Assembly (NCBI GenBank): GCA_963693365.1
Contig: CAVNZM010000010.1
Location: 3,532,159-3,596,158, forward strand
Source of the DNA: Amoebidium appalachense
Lineage: Eukaryota; Protista; Ichthyosporea
Reading direction: 5' to 3'
Length of the DNA: 64,000 nt
A program made the translations under genes and the position numbers. Every line of letters starts with the position of its first letter. The first letter of the stretch is position 1. Below, piece by piece: positions 52,404 to 64,000 of this stretch. The notes under the pieces are model-generated. The model saw only the letters and a program-made list of their open reading frames with translations. It ran no database searches and was not told the DNA's origin.

Positions 52404-54125
52404 TCACTCATTCGTGCTTTCTCTTGTTTCCTCGTCCCCACCAACCACTACTACAGTATCTGTCACCACATGTGCACGGGAACGCCACACTGTCACCACC
52501 CCATTCTCACACAGACGAACACAAGACGAGTTCACACGCAACCCCCCAGTCACGCTAGACACACACCCGGTCGTGCTGGGAAGAGGGAGACACACACCAG
52601 AAACCATCCACTCCTCGTCCACCAACCCACCTGCTCCCCTCCTCAGCCGGCCCAGATGCAAGTCCTTGAATCCACCCAACACACACCACATCGTATCATG
52701 CTGGCAAAGTTCACAGAAGCAAAGGGGTGGTGGAGGTATTTCCCCAGGAACTCAATGGCGTAGAGGCTAGACAACTTGCTCATTGTGGGTGGGGTGTATT
52801 GGGTACCTGTGCGCGCCTCCCACGATGCAAACATGACATCAGGCCCACCATTCACCGCCCACACAACTTTCATCACCGTGCCAGAGTCTTGCCCAACCAC
52901 ATCCACGCAGCACACACCCCACGCATCCGTGTAACCGCGACTGGCACCGAGAGCCCCCTCCGTGCGCACAGAGTAGGGGTGTCTGCCGTTGGCGGGGTCA
53001 TGCACATCAAAGCGCCCGCCCCTTGCAACAACAAATGTTTGCGACGTGGGAAGGATTTTGGTGTTGTGGACCCCGGGAAGGTGATAAAGTAGGGAGGGAG
53101 ACCCTGTTGTGAAGCAATCGTACGTATAGAGGCCGGAGGTGGTGGCAATTTGCAGGCGTGTGCCCGAGTCGAAGGTCATGTTGATGCACCTTTCCTCCAT
53201 TGCCAACGAGCAATAAACGTGCCCCGACTTGTCCGCCCCGACATACACTTCTATGCTCCCTAGGGCCCTCCGCGGGTCCCTCTCTCCTGGTACTAACGCT
53301 GTCGCCTCCGCCGTCGTTGCCAGCGCAACCATACAACCATTCACCGCCACCGCTGTAAACAGCCCCAACTTCCCCTTTGCGAACCACACACACACCTTCT
53401 CGCACGTTTCCATATTCCACAGGATCGCCGTTTGTGCGCCATCGTGTATGGTCACAAGCATGGCGCTTCCGTGCGGGTCACCTACCGCCCAATACGTGCA
53501 CCCGCCAACTTCTGCACTCGCCTTTGTCTGCATGCGCCACTGTTGTCCGCCACCAACGAAACGTGTTGTGTTCAGAACCCTTTCCGTGTGATCCTTTCTG
53601 CACCCAATCATCTCAAACCCTGTAGTGGCGGGCCAAGGGAGGCCAAAGTAATCAAACTCTGCACGGATTTCGCTCATCCGGATCGGACACGGCACTGCTC
53701 CCAATAACATTGTGGTGTAGGAACGAATGCACGTGCTCAAAGATGTCCGGGCACCGATCCAGCACAACGTTCCCGTACGCTTTCTCGTCTGTCTTGAGAG
53801 GAAACCGACCACTGAACCACGCCGCCAGCATGGAGTCGGGGTACGTGCATAGCGCCTGGCGGGTGGTTGAGAAAAGACGACCACCAACGTTCAACATCAC
53901 AACCCCGTCCGTGTGTGCGTCAAGCGTACTCCCTTCATTAGCACGTTTTGTCTCAAAGGTGGGCGGCCGTTCGGAGCTGAAGAATGACGGACAGGTGGAC
54001 AGGTCAGATGGGGTGCAGAGAGTGTATGATTCGAGGGGTCTTTGCGCAGGTTTGGAGGGCGGGTTAGGGGCGGTGCTTTCTGATTCTGGTGTCTGGGTAG
54101 TGGGGTTTGCTGCCTCAGGTGAGTT
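52404..54125 (-). pseudogene. BTB/POZ protein copy 2, paralogue of 47487-49285; two frameshifts
   Basis: VMLNVGGRLFSTTRQALCTYPDSMLAAWFSGRFP…; frame changes near 53670 and 52695. Colinear with copy 1 (WAVGDPHGS, ILWNMETC, TRLQIATTSGLYTY, NSSCVRLCENGVVTVWR). Confidence 0.78.
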
Positions 54126-54256
54126 ATTCTGTATGGGAGTTACAGCACATTATTTAACACAAGCCAATGTCATTCCTCAAAAACACCAGATCAATCGGCC
54201 CGAGCTTGCTAAAATTTACATGCAACTCTGAAACGAGGAGAACGATCCCCCCCCCC

Positions 54257-54290
<34 letters not shown>

Positions 54291-55164
54291 CCCTCCCCTC
54301 CTCTCCCGCCCGCCCCCCAAAACACACACACACACACACAAACACACACAACACAAAAAAAAGGTCATGCAAGCCCACCATCTTGCCAAGCAAAAAAAAT
54401 GCCATGTAACACTCCCAACAGCAAGCAGAATATAGTCTCATTATAATTTTGCACGTCTCAGCTCGCAAACTAACCACATACACTAACAAGCTACTGAATG
54501 CTCAGTTAGCTAGTAACAGCCCCCCCCCCCCTCCCCCCCCCCCCCCCCTCCCCCCCCCCCCCCCCCCCCCCCCCGGGCCTCCCCCCTCCCACACTCACAC
54601 CCCACCCTTTCCCGGGCCCTCCAGAACCTTCTCTCCCCCTTCCCCCCTCCCCCCTGTCCCCCCCCCCCCCCCCCCCCCCTATCCCTCCCCTTCCTCCCAC
54701 CTTCCCTGTCCCATCCCGTCCACCCCCACCTGTTCCCTCCCCCCCCCCCCTCCCCCCTCCCCCCCCCCCCCCACACACACACACACGAGGGCCAAACCAA
54801 TATCTTCCAATGTGCGCTTTTACAGTTATGTAGAAAGGTAGACACATTACACCTCCCCTCACCTTCCCTTTTCCCACGCTTCACGCTTGTGCCTCTCTCC
54901 TTAGTCATAAAGATTATTCTCCAAACCTTCCTCTCCTATCTTACTCTATCTATAACTATGACTGCCAACAGAAAATTTCGCGCTTTCTTATTTTCTTCGC
55001 TAATCAATTTTTTTGAAAACGCAACCTACGACGTACCTTCTCCTTTGATGTAGACCTTGTCCCCTCTCGCGTGCTCCTTGTTCCCCTTTGGCCCGGTGTA
55101 AAGCCCTTAAGGGACCCAGGGAGTGCCCTAAACCGCATGGTGGAGATTGGGGCACCGGCAGCTT

Positions 55165-55640
55165 GAACTCATGAGATGTGATGATCTGGTGCCGGGAGAT
55201 CACAAAAGTGTCAAGAAGAAGCTTGAAACTTGGTGCCTCGTCCGTTTCAGCAGCTACCAAATCCAGCAGCACAAGTATTATCCAAGTTTTCAAACCCTTA
55301 CAAAGTAACTGCCTGATAAGGTGAGGAAAAAAGTGCCTTACGTCAAAGATCCATGCAGAGAGCTGGCGAAAGCACAACTTTTCTCAAGCAAGTAGAAGAG
55401 GTCAACAATCTTCTGCACATGATCTTGGTGACTGTCAAATTTTTCCAAGCGGATGTTTCCCATGGTTGCCATCATCAAGCAGCCATAGATACAGGATTTG
55501 CCTTCTGCAACGCTGAGAACCAGAAACACGTCAAAAAACCATCTTTCGAAATCAGTGGTTGCTCCGCTCTCTTGCTGCCCCAAGGCAGCTATACATAAGC
55601 AATTGCTCTACATACATCTTAGATGTCAAACGATTACAAG
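55165..55640 (+). pseudogene. Possible decayed hAT-type transposase fragment
   Basis: Broken frames give CLVRFSS, STTFLKQVEEVNNLLHMILVTVKFFQAD and STYILDVKR. These recall the hAT TRW/FxS, Fxxxxxx…LxPI…FQxD and AxxLDPR motifs in the expected order. Pattern recall only. Confidence 0.35.
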
Positions 55641-56736
55641 TTGTATTAGGATGTCCGAGGTTCATAAAACATAAACTCTGTATCATCGAAGTTCAACCAG
55701 TAAAATGACCAAGTCCTTAGTTGGATATAAAAGCCCAACTTCAGAGAAGGATACCAAGGGGTTATGAAAAAAAAAGGCCTGTGAGCACAATGATGATCCC
55801 TTCCAGCTTCTGATGGCAGGGGAGAACCAGAAACAACGCGACCTGACCAAGCTTTAATAGTTTCTGATAATTCTCAGATATTGAACAAGTTTTATTCAAC
55901 GATCAGCAAAACCAACAAAGGGTGCACATGTGTGCTGTGTGTGTGCGTGTCTGAAGTTAACGTTGGTGTCGGCCAGAACATGAGAGCTCGAGCATGCGCA
56001 TGTGTGAAAGAATTTAATCTCATAGCTGTTCAGAGACGATAACACCAATCACCAAGATCTGTGGTTTTCGCTTCTTGGAACAAACCGAGCTCAAGAACTT
56101 TAAAACGAAGCTCACAATGTGCTAACAGGTAACCATGAAGAAAGCGAAAAACGACAACTGATTGGACTCCACTTAGTGACAGGTACGAGTATAACTATAA
56201 GAGATCGTTCCGCCCAAAGATGTGGTGTAAATGATGCACAACATCACAACAAATTTAAACTTTCAAATCTCCAACTCTCCCTCTTTCATTTTGGGGGGGA
56301 ATGTGCTGTTGATTAACGACATGTAGGTGATTAACGACATGTAGCCTGTCTTTCATTTTGAACCAACGCTGCAGTACAGGTGCGGAGAAATTGCTGAGGG
56401 GCCACAAGTGAAGTCTACTCTTGGCTCTTGCAAATACTGGCACCACAGAAAAAGCTACTCAGATTATTAAAAGCTTACCATTGGATAAATGTAGATGCTT
56501 TGTAATTTTAGCGTCCTAATTTTTAAGATCCAATCAGAATGCATACGTCTATTCAGGATCATGCAATATTCATTCCCTGTACCTCTTACGTAACCAAGAG
56601 CCGGAACTAAACACGAGATCCGAGTCAGTCTCACAGCCTACGCGTACGGTTATCGGCTCTGGGAACAGGCTCGTGGGAACTCCGGCGACCGGTTCAAAAA
56701 CAATCAGACAGAAGACGATTAGGCCTTGCTTCTTGA

Positions 56737-56772
<36 letters not shown>

Positions 56773-56980
56773 GCGCACACAATGTCATGAACACACGTGT
56801 ACACACACATACATGTACACACATGTATTACACACATACACGCAAACACACACACGCACCCCCCCTCCCTCCCCCCCCCCCCCCCCCCCCCCCCCACAAA
56901 AAATAAAAATAAAAAATAAAAAATACACATGTACACACACACGCACGTGTGCACGCGCGCATCACGGCGCGCGCGCGCGC

Positions 56981-57014
<34 letters not shown>

Positions 57015-57361
57015 ACACACGCACGCACATACGCACGCATGCACACACGCACACACGCACACACAATCACACACACAAGCGTGCTCAACCAAAAACCAAA
57101 CCACGGCAGCTCCCACCCACCCACAGTCCCGGAACTCGTGGTTATGCAACAACACTTGACTATGTCGCACAGAAATGTCTCGCAAAGCATGCCTTTGTAC
57201 CAAAGAATATTTTCTTTATTCATTTTATTTACATTTTGCTCCGAGGGAGGACATCTCTCATCACAGCAAAATGACTCCTCGCACCATTCCGCTCCGCCTC
57301 CCATCCACCACCCTTCCACACACCATCAAAAACCCGCCCCCCCCAGCTTCGTTTCATTCAT

Positions 57362-58086
57362 CTACAACTGGTGGTGTTTTAGGAACTGGTTTCCGGAAAG
57401 GAACGCAACGAGAGAAACGGGGGCCAGATAGTAAAGGGTCTCGAACATGGTGAGACGAATCCAGAAAAGGGTGAAGATGCCAATGATTCCGGCGACGCTG
57501 AGGTGGAAAACGAGGGCAGAGGGGGAGAGGGTCATCCCCTTCAAGTTGACGCCAATTCCACCCCACTGCACAGCGAGAATATGTGTTAGTGTGTGTGGTG
57601 AGACAGAGCAAATGGGGAGAAGGGGGGGGGGGGGGGGGGGGGGGGAGGGGGGGTTGAAGAAGGGAGGGAGGGAGGGGGGAGGGAGGGAGGGGGAGGGAGG
57701 GAGGGGGCGGGAGGGAGGGAGGGAGGGAGGGGGAGGGAGGGGGAGAGAGAGAGAGGAAGAGAGGGAAGGGAGGCAGGGAGGCAAGGAGGCAGGGAGACAG
57801 GGAGGGAGGGGGAGAGAGACAGAGGGAGGGAGGGAGGGAGGGAGGGAGGGAGGGAGGGAGAGGGAGAGGGAGGGAAAGGAAGGAAAAAGACAAGAAACGA
57901 AACGAAACGAAACGAAACGAAACGAAACGAAAAGAAAAGAAAGCGTAAGGAAAGAAAAGAAAAGAAAAAAAAAATGAATGAATGAAACAACACACATCAC
58001 CACCAGGAAGGGGTACATGGATGGAAAACATGTGTGTATGTGTACGTGTTTGTGCGCGTGTGTACGTGTATCAGTGAGTGAATGTG

Positions 58087-58141
<55 letters not shown>

Positions 58142-58425
58142 CACGGGTATGTGAGTTGCTTGGGGGGGAGGGGGGGGGGGGGGGGGGGAGGGGGGAGTTG
58201 GGGGAGACAAGCACGCGCATCGATTCTTGATGGAACTACACAGGCAAGAAAACAGACACACAAAACCATAATCTTCCGCAACTTTCCTCCTGTTCTCCAG
58301 GTGCACCCATCGTACGCTTATGAGCAAAAGGGACGGCAGGCAACCCTTGGGCAGGCAGAAGGGTGGTTAGTGTCGGCCGTGGGTTCTTTGGGGGTGGGAT
58401 ATGTATGCGTGGTGGTGGTGGTGTG

Positions 58426-58465
<40 letters not shown>

Positions 58466-58636
58466 GGGGGGGGGGGGGAGGGGGGGGGGGAGGGAGGGGG
58501 GACGCATACAGTGATCAACAGGCCGGCGAAGGGAGCAGCACAGAGGAGGGTGAAGACATTTGCGATGAAGGCATTCGGTTGCTTTGGCCCCTCCTCAAAA
58601 GTGTAGTTCAGCTCCTTAAGGGTCTCGGTCTGGTCG

Positions 58637-58699
<63 letters not shown>

Positions 58700-60078
58700 G
58701 TTTTGGGTTAGGACAGGGTGGGTAGACGGACGGTGGTGACCGTGAAAGGGTAGGGGAGGGGGGGGGGGGGGGTTGGAATGCGTCATAAAGTACGAAGTAC
58801 ACAAGAATAACGGATAACACGATGCAGAATGCAAACCATACATAGAGATTATGCATAATAAGCAGAGCCCATCCTCAGGGGGGGCCCACGTCATCCACAG
58901 TACTCGAGTTTCGACCTATTCACCTCGTTAAAGAAACCCAACTCAGATACTGTTTTACTTGAACATGGGTAGGTCACCCGTCTTGATCAGAGACGAGCAG
59001 GGTTGCTTATGCAGGCAAGGGCAGTAGAAAAGGCCGGGGGTTAACGTTGCAGCAGTAAGCAGAAGCAAGAAAAATATAGATAGGAACTCAGGAGACGGGG
59101 CTTCTGGGAAGCTCCCCCGTCGCTACCTAAGTCGATACTTCCCTGGCTAACATACTACACCAGCTGAAAAGAATTAAGTCCCGAAGGCCGCAGAATTCGC
59201 AATCAGAGGGGAAAATATGAGATTTGACCCACGCCGCAGGGTAGTAACACGCTTACTAAGGCGGAACCTTAAAGTCTTCGAACGGAAAGCTATGCCCCCG
59301 AATGTCAGCCGGAAATATGGTATCACCCATTGCTTTGGGCTTGAAAAAAGCCAAACCGATAGTCCGAGTTATGTTACGCCGGCGGGTAACATGCCGCATG
59401 GGTTCCAAGGGAGCTGTCGCCAACAGAGCGGTGTGTGCATGCGTGCGCGTAATGCAATGTGTGAAGTGTGTCTATAGCTATGAGAGGGGGTATGCAGAAG
59501 TGGACAGATGAAGTGTGTGGAGAGAAAAACAGTAGGAAGAAAAATAGACACCGGTGTGTGCAACCCCGCATAACATACATACATACACACACACTCACAC
59601 ACACACATAGATAAGGGAAGATTACGGGTAATCAACCAGAACAACAAATGAGAAGCAAAACAACAGGCCCTTAAAAAAATATAAAAAAAAAATGGGGGGG
59701 GGGGGGGGGGGGAGGGGGGGGGGGGGAGGGGGGTCTTAGGGATGCCGCAGAATCGTCAGATATTAGGCAAATCGTACCAATACGATAATTCTCTCTTATA
59801 TGAGAGAACAGTGTGACTAACGATGTGCAGAGCTGCTTAAGACCTGTTTAGTGTGCAGAGAAAATGGGAGGGGAAGGAGGGGAAGGGGGGGAGGGGGGGG
59901 GGGGGGCAGAGAGGGGAGGGAATGTCAGAGTATCAGTAGTCTCAGGGGACCCTGCAGAGTCGTTAGATATCAGACAAAAACGCACCAACGACCAAGTTCT
60001 CCAAGGGGAGAAATGCGTAAAACGTTCTGCAGAGTGGGTTAGAGACCTGCTGATGAGAAGAGTGTATACAGGGTTTGG

Positions 60079-60114
<36 letters not shown>

Positions 60115-61552
60115 GGAAGGGGGGAAGAAGGTAGGAGGGGAAAGGGGAGGGGAGAGGGGGGGGGGGGGGGGGGGGAGTGGGCCGGGGATGGGCGAAGGGG
60201 GAAGGGGGGAGGGGAGGGAAAGGAGGAGGATTTATAAAAAAAATAAATTAAAAAATAAAAAAAATAAAAAAAACCTTGTGGCGGACAGATCAGAGACGAG
60301 AGCTCCATTTCAAAACTTACCAGGCAACCCAAAACCTAGCCGGCTGAGAAAGAAGAACGGTGGGAGGAATTGTTTGGGGAAAGCAGCGGGGGGAGAGGGG
60401 GAAAGAGAGAGGGAGAGAGGGAGAGAGAACGAGAGAGAGATAGAGAGAGAGAGAGGGAGAGGGAGAGAGGGAGAGAGGGAGAGAGGGAGGGAGGGAGGGA
60501 GGGAGGGAGAGAGGGAGAGAGAGAGGGAGGGAGAGAGGGAGGGAGGGGGGGGGGGGGGGGGGGGGGGAGGGGGGGGGGAGGTGCAGGGGCTGGTAGGGGG
60601 GGAGGGGGGGGGGGAGGGGGGGGGGGAGAATCGGGATGGAGTGGGGGACTAGGGAGTGTTGATCTTTTTAGTGATGATGGAGAGTATGTGCGAGGAGTGA
60701 ACGCCACGGTATATGTGCGGGTGTGTGATGAGAAAGCTGTGTATTTTGTGGTGCAAGAGTTTAAACGAGTAGCCTTTGTTAGTTAAGCAATGTTTTAGCA
60801 AGTCGTGCAGTGCATGTGGTGAATGCAGCAAGTGTGGAGCATTTGCGCTGGTAGCTATGCATTTGACTTGTCATGATGCCGTATTTTGCAGTGCGTGTGA
60901 TGAATGAGACGTGGTGTGGGAAGCGAACGATGTCTAGTGTATTGAATGTTGGTGCGTCGAGCTTGTTGTAAATGGTTGTGTGAATGCCGTGATTAGTGCA
61001 GGTGATATGCAAATCGAGGTAGGGGACAGAGGGGGAGGAACCGGCAGGGTTGAGTTGAAGGCTGGTCTTGGGATAGAGACCGAAATCACAATCTTCTAAA
61101 TAGAGGTGGGAGAGAATGCGAGGATTATTAGAGATCAAATCATCTATGTAGCGGCGAGTAAACTGAAAATCTACCAAGACATCAATGCGGTCGTGTGCAA
61201 TAAGCTTGCGAACAAAATCCAAACTCATAAGTAAAGAGATAGAAGTTAGCCAAGAAAACAGCACAGTTTGTACCCATGGGGATACCAATGTCCTGTTTGG
61301 GGTGGGGGGGGGGGGGGGGGGGGAGGGACGAGGGAGAGGGAGAGGGAGAGGGAGAGGGGGGAAGGAGGGAGGGGAGGGGAGAGGGGGGGGGGGGGGGGGG
61401 GGGACCTCCTCGAAAGCCCATCCAACCCTGAAAATTTCCCTCTCTCAGGTCCATACTTCTTTCTCTCCCACGCATTACACCCGTTTCCACACTCAAATCC
61501 GCCTTCTATTGTTTAGAAGCCCCTCCCCCCCCCCCCCCCCCCCCTCCCCCCT

Positions 61553-61585
<33 letters not shown>

Positions 61586-62185
61586 ACACACACACACATA
61601 CACACAGCTATTTACTCAGACGAAACATCACACGTCCCGTCCCCCCCCCCTTCTCCCAGCGTAGAAACCCTCGTCCATACCCGCGTGTTTCTCCCTGCAC
61701 ACAGTGTGCCTGCCGACATTTCCCACCGACCCCCCCCCCCCCCCCCCCCCCCCCCCACCCCCTCACTCTCCCTCCGCCGCGAGTGCGAGTTTAGATAGCA
61801 CTCCAGAGTACGAAGTACGCATTCACGACGGACAAAACGATGTATAGATCCCATAAGGGAGAACTCACGTCAGGGTACATATGCGTTAGAGACCCATTCT
61901 CAGGTGGGGCCCATGCCATCCACAACCCCTAGGCTTCAACCCATTTTTTTTCTTTGCATCCCCATCTCGCTCTCCCCCGAGGCCTCCGCGTGCATATGTT
62001 TTCCTCATATAGCACACAACACACCTCCCCCCCCCCCCCCCCCCCCGCCCTGGGCCCCTTCATCACCACCGACCCCTTCAAACCCCCCCCCCCCCCTCCA
62101 CACCCACACAACCACACACACAACACACAAACCTCCCCCCCCCCCTTCTCCCCCCCCCCCCCCCCCCACCCCCCGCCCCGCCCCG

Positions 62186-62230
<45 letters not shown>

Positions 62231-62437
62231 ACCCACCGGACTTTGCCTCTGCGCCTGTCTGCAATGTGACTGTAGCGGCAGTCCATACCACGGCGTTTGT
62301 CTTCTGGCCGGCAGCCAAAATCTCAACCCGGTACGTGCCCTCAGGGATCTTACGTGCCTCCTTGGTGGTCAGGTCCTGTACGGGTACGTGTGTGTGTGTG
62401 TGTGTGTGTGGGAAGGGGGGGGGGACGGAGGGTTGTA

Positions 62438-62498
<61 letters not shown>

Positions 62499-62897
62499 CG
62501 CGCGTGTGTGTGTGTGAAGGGGTTATGTGAGTATGTGCTTTTATGTATGGGAGAGTTTTCAGAACACGGTGCAGAGTACGAAGCACACATTGACGGCACA
62601 CGACAACATGAACATTTTGGAAAGCGTACACAAGGAGTGTGCATGGGGGGGAGGGGGGGGGGGGGGGGCACAACCCATAAGCCACAAGGAAGGGAGTGAC
62701 CGCAAGTCGAAAACCAGACCGCGGGAACAGTTATGTGCGCGCATGTGTGTGTGTCCGTGGGTAGGGGAGAAAGAGTTATAGTATATGCCCCTGCCGCACA
62801 CCCAGGAGCCAAAAAAAAAAAAAAAACACCACCACCTCCACATGCACGATTCCCCCCCCTTCCTCGGGCAAACCCCCCCCCCCCCCCCTCCAAAAAA

Positions 62898-62932
<35 letters not shown>

Positions 62933-63195
62933 GTGGTGGTGGTGGTGGTGGTGGTGGTGGTGGTGGTGGGGGGGGGGGGAGCAAGGCTGGAGAGCATAGA
63001 AGAAGACATACAATGGTGACAGCACGAGCAATGCCGGCAGTTCCCGAGGCAAAAGTCTTTGTTGTGCCCGTGGCGGTGTTTGTCAGGCGCACAAACAGCT
63101 GGTCGGCTGAGTCCACAGACGGCACAAACTTGAGCTGAAGACTGCCCTTCTTCTCCACCGTCAGCGGCTTGGAAAGGCCCGACGGGTAGGGCACA
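57362..63195 (-). CDS. RPN2: Ribophorin II / oligosaccharyltransferase subunit, 3' exons (63195-63012, 62375-~62233, 58629-58510, 57565-57362); 5' exons not identified, probably beyond the window
   Basis: VPYPS…[48 protein letters not shown] and WGGIGVNL…VFH…[15 protein letters not shown]…FLSGNQFL* match the RPN2/Swp1 C-terminal half. One junction is out of phase by 1 nt. Confidence 0.85.
58773..59430 (-). mobile_element. Longest copy of intronic repeat family A (homology to other copies 58773-59117; probable 5' extension to ~59430)
   Basis: Matches the 27331 copy along its whole length, then continues as high-complexity, hairpin-rich sequence until a TG-rich tract. Confidence 0.8.
60649..61300 (-). 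mobile_element. Penelope-like element reverse transcriptase remnant (RT motifs 4-7 plus thumb), two frameshifts
   Basis: [50 protein letters not shown]…[18 protein letters not shown]…LLNKGY. +1 T near 61220 and a TAAC duplication near 60780. Stop at 60649 with no GIY-YIG domain after the thumb. Confidence 0.85.
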
Positions 63196-63230
63196 CTGCA
63201 AGTGGTTTATTTTTTTTATTTTTTTTTTGT

Positions 63231-63262
<32 letters not shown>

Positions 63263-63265
63263 GAA

Positions 63266-63301
<36 letters not shown>

Positions 63302-63376
63302 CGCCCCGCTGGGGGGGAAGGGGCGGAGGAGAGTGGGGGGAGGGGGGGGGGGGGGGGGGGGACTGGGAAGGGTAAG

Positions 63377-63407
<31 letters not shown>

Positions 63408-63561
63408 CCCGGGGGGAGGGAGAAGGGGGGGGGGGGGGGAGGGGGGAAGCGAAAAGGGTTAGAATGGGTTACAAATCACGAAGTACGCGTTCATGACGGA
63501 CAACCTCAGCACCAAGTTCAAAAACCCATAAACATTATATATCATAAGCAGAGCCCATCCT

Positions 63562-63593
<32 letters not shown>

Positions 63594-64000
63594 GGAGCAA
63601 AGGGGGTAAGAATGTGTAGTAGGTGTGGGTGCTCTGTGGTTGCGTCGGTGGGTGTGGGTCATGGGGAGAAGGGGGAAGGAAAGGAAACGTCGAGGTCGAT
63701 AGTGTGCGCGGCGGCGCAGGAGTTATCAAATGGGTGGGTGATGAACCCAGTTAACATCTGTTTGCCCATAGGTGATAAAACATCGCCTAAAGGTTCTCAC
63801 GGGCCATATTGTTACCTAATATTTGCGTCTTCCCCCCCCCCCCCCCCCCCCCCCCCCCAAAACCCCCAACCTCCCTCTCCCCCCCAATACGAAAGTCGGC
63901 ACTAAAATGGAAACCAAAAAAAAGATGATAAGATAACGACCGAAAGGGGGGGGGGGTCGGGGGGGGGATTGCTGGAAGATCAGAAACAGGCATATGCCCC

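Noticed and set aside
59095-59370. Group I intron or RNase P/MRP-like motifs (GGGAAGCTCC, GATAGTCCG)
   Set aside because: Only isolated words match. No P7 pairing or Q/R elements were found, and the sequence is continuous with a dispersed repeat.
60005-60075. Hammerhead core CTGATGA on the + strand
   Set aside because: No stem II followed by GAAA downstream, and the upstream GAAA cannot be closed into the fold.

Overview
Eukaryotic nuclear DNA, not prokaryotic. It is intron-rich and full of poly-C/poly-G, (CA)n and (CT)n tracts, so most ORFs in the supplied track are low-complexity artefacts. Animal-like STX18, PGAM5, RPN2 and DBH/MOXD1-like genes alongside a GH114 hydrolase suggest a unicellular holozoan/opisthokont (inference; an ichthyosporean is plausible). 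Spliced genes reconstructed by hand: a small conserved hypothetical protein (4924-7292 +), a sterol desaturase/fatty-acid hydroxylase (10257-14255 -), a DOMON copper monooxygenase (17403-19870 +), syntaxin-18 (22200-31943 -), PGAM5 (32560-35093 +), a GH114 polygalactosaminidase-like protein (38270-42650 -) and the 3' part of ribophorin II (57362-63195 -). Other coding sequence: an intronless herpesvirus-tegument-type (peptidase C76-like) deubiquitinase and two frameshifted BTB/POZ paralogues. Mobile elements: a hAT-type element with an 8-bp TSD carrying a nested LINE, a second LINE copy, a TA-flanked MITE and a Penelope-like RT remnant. The most striking unexplained signal is a hairpin-rich, 5'-truncated repeat family (about 20 copies of different ages). 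Every copy I found lies inside an intron, co-oriented with the host transcript, with its fixed 3' end at or near a poly-C tract, and its longest copy shares an intron and strand with the Penelope-like RT. Exon ends and splice acceptors are also repeatedly duplicated in tandem. All calls are from manual reading; no searches were run.
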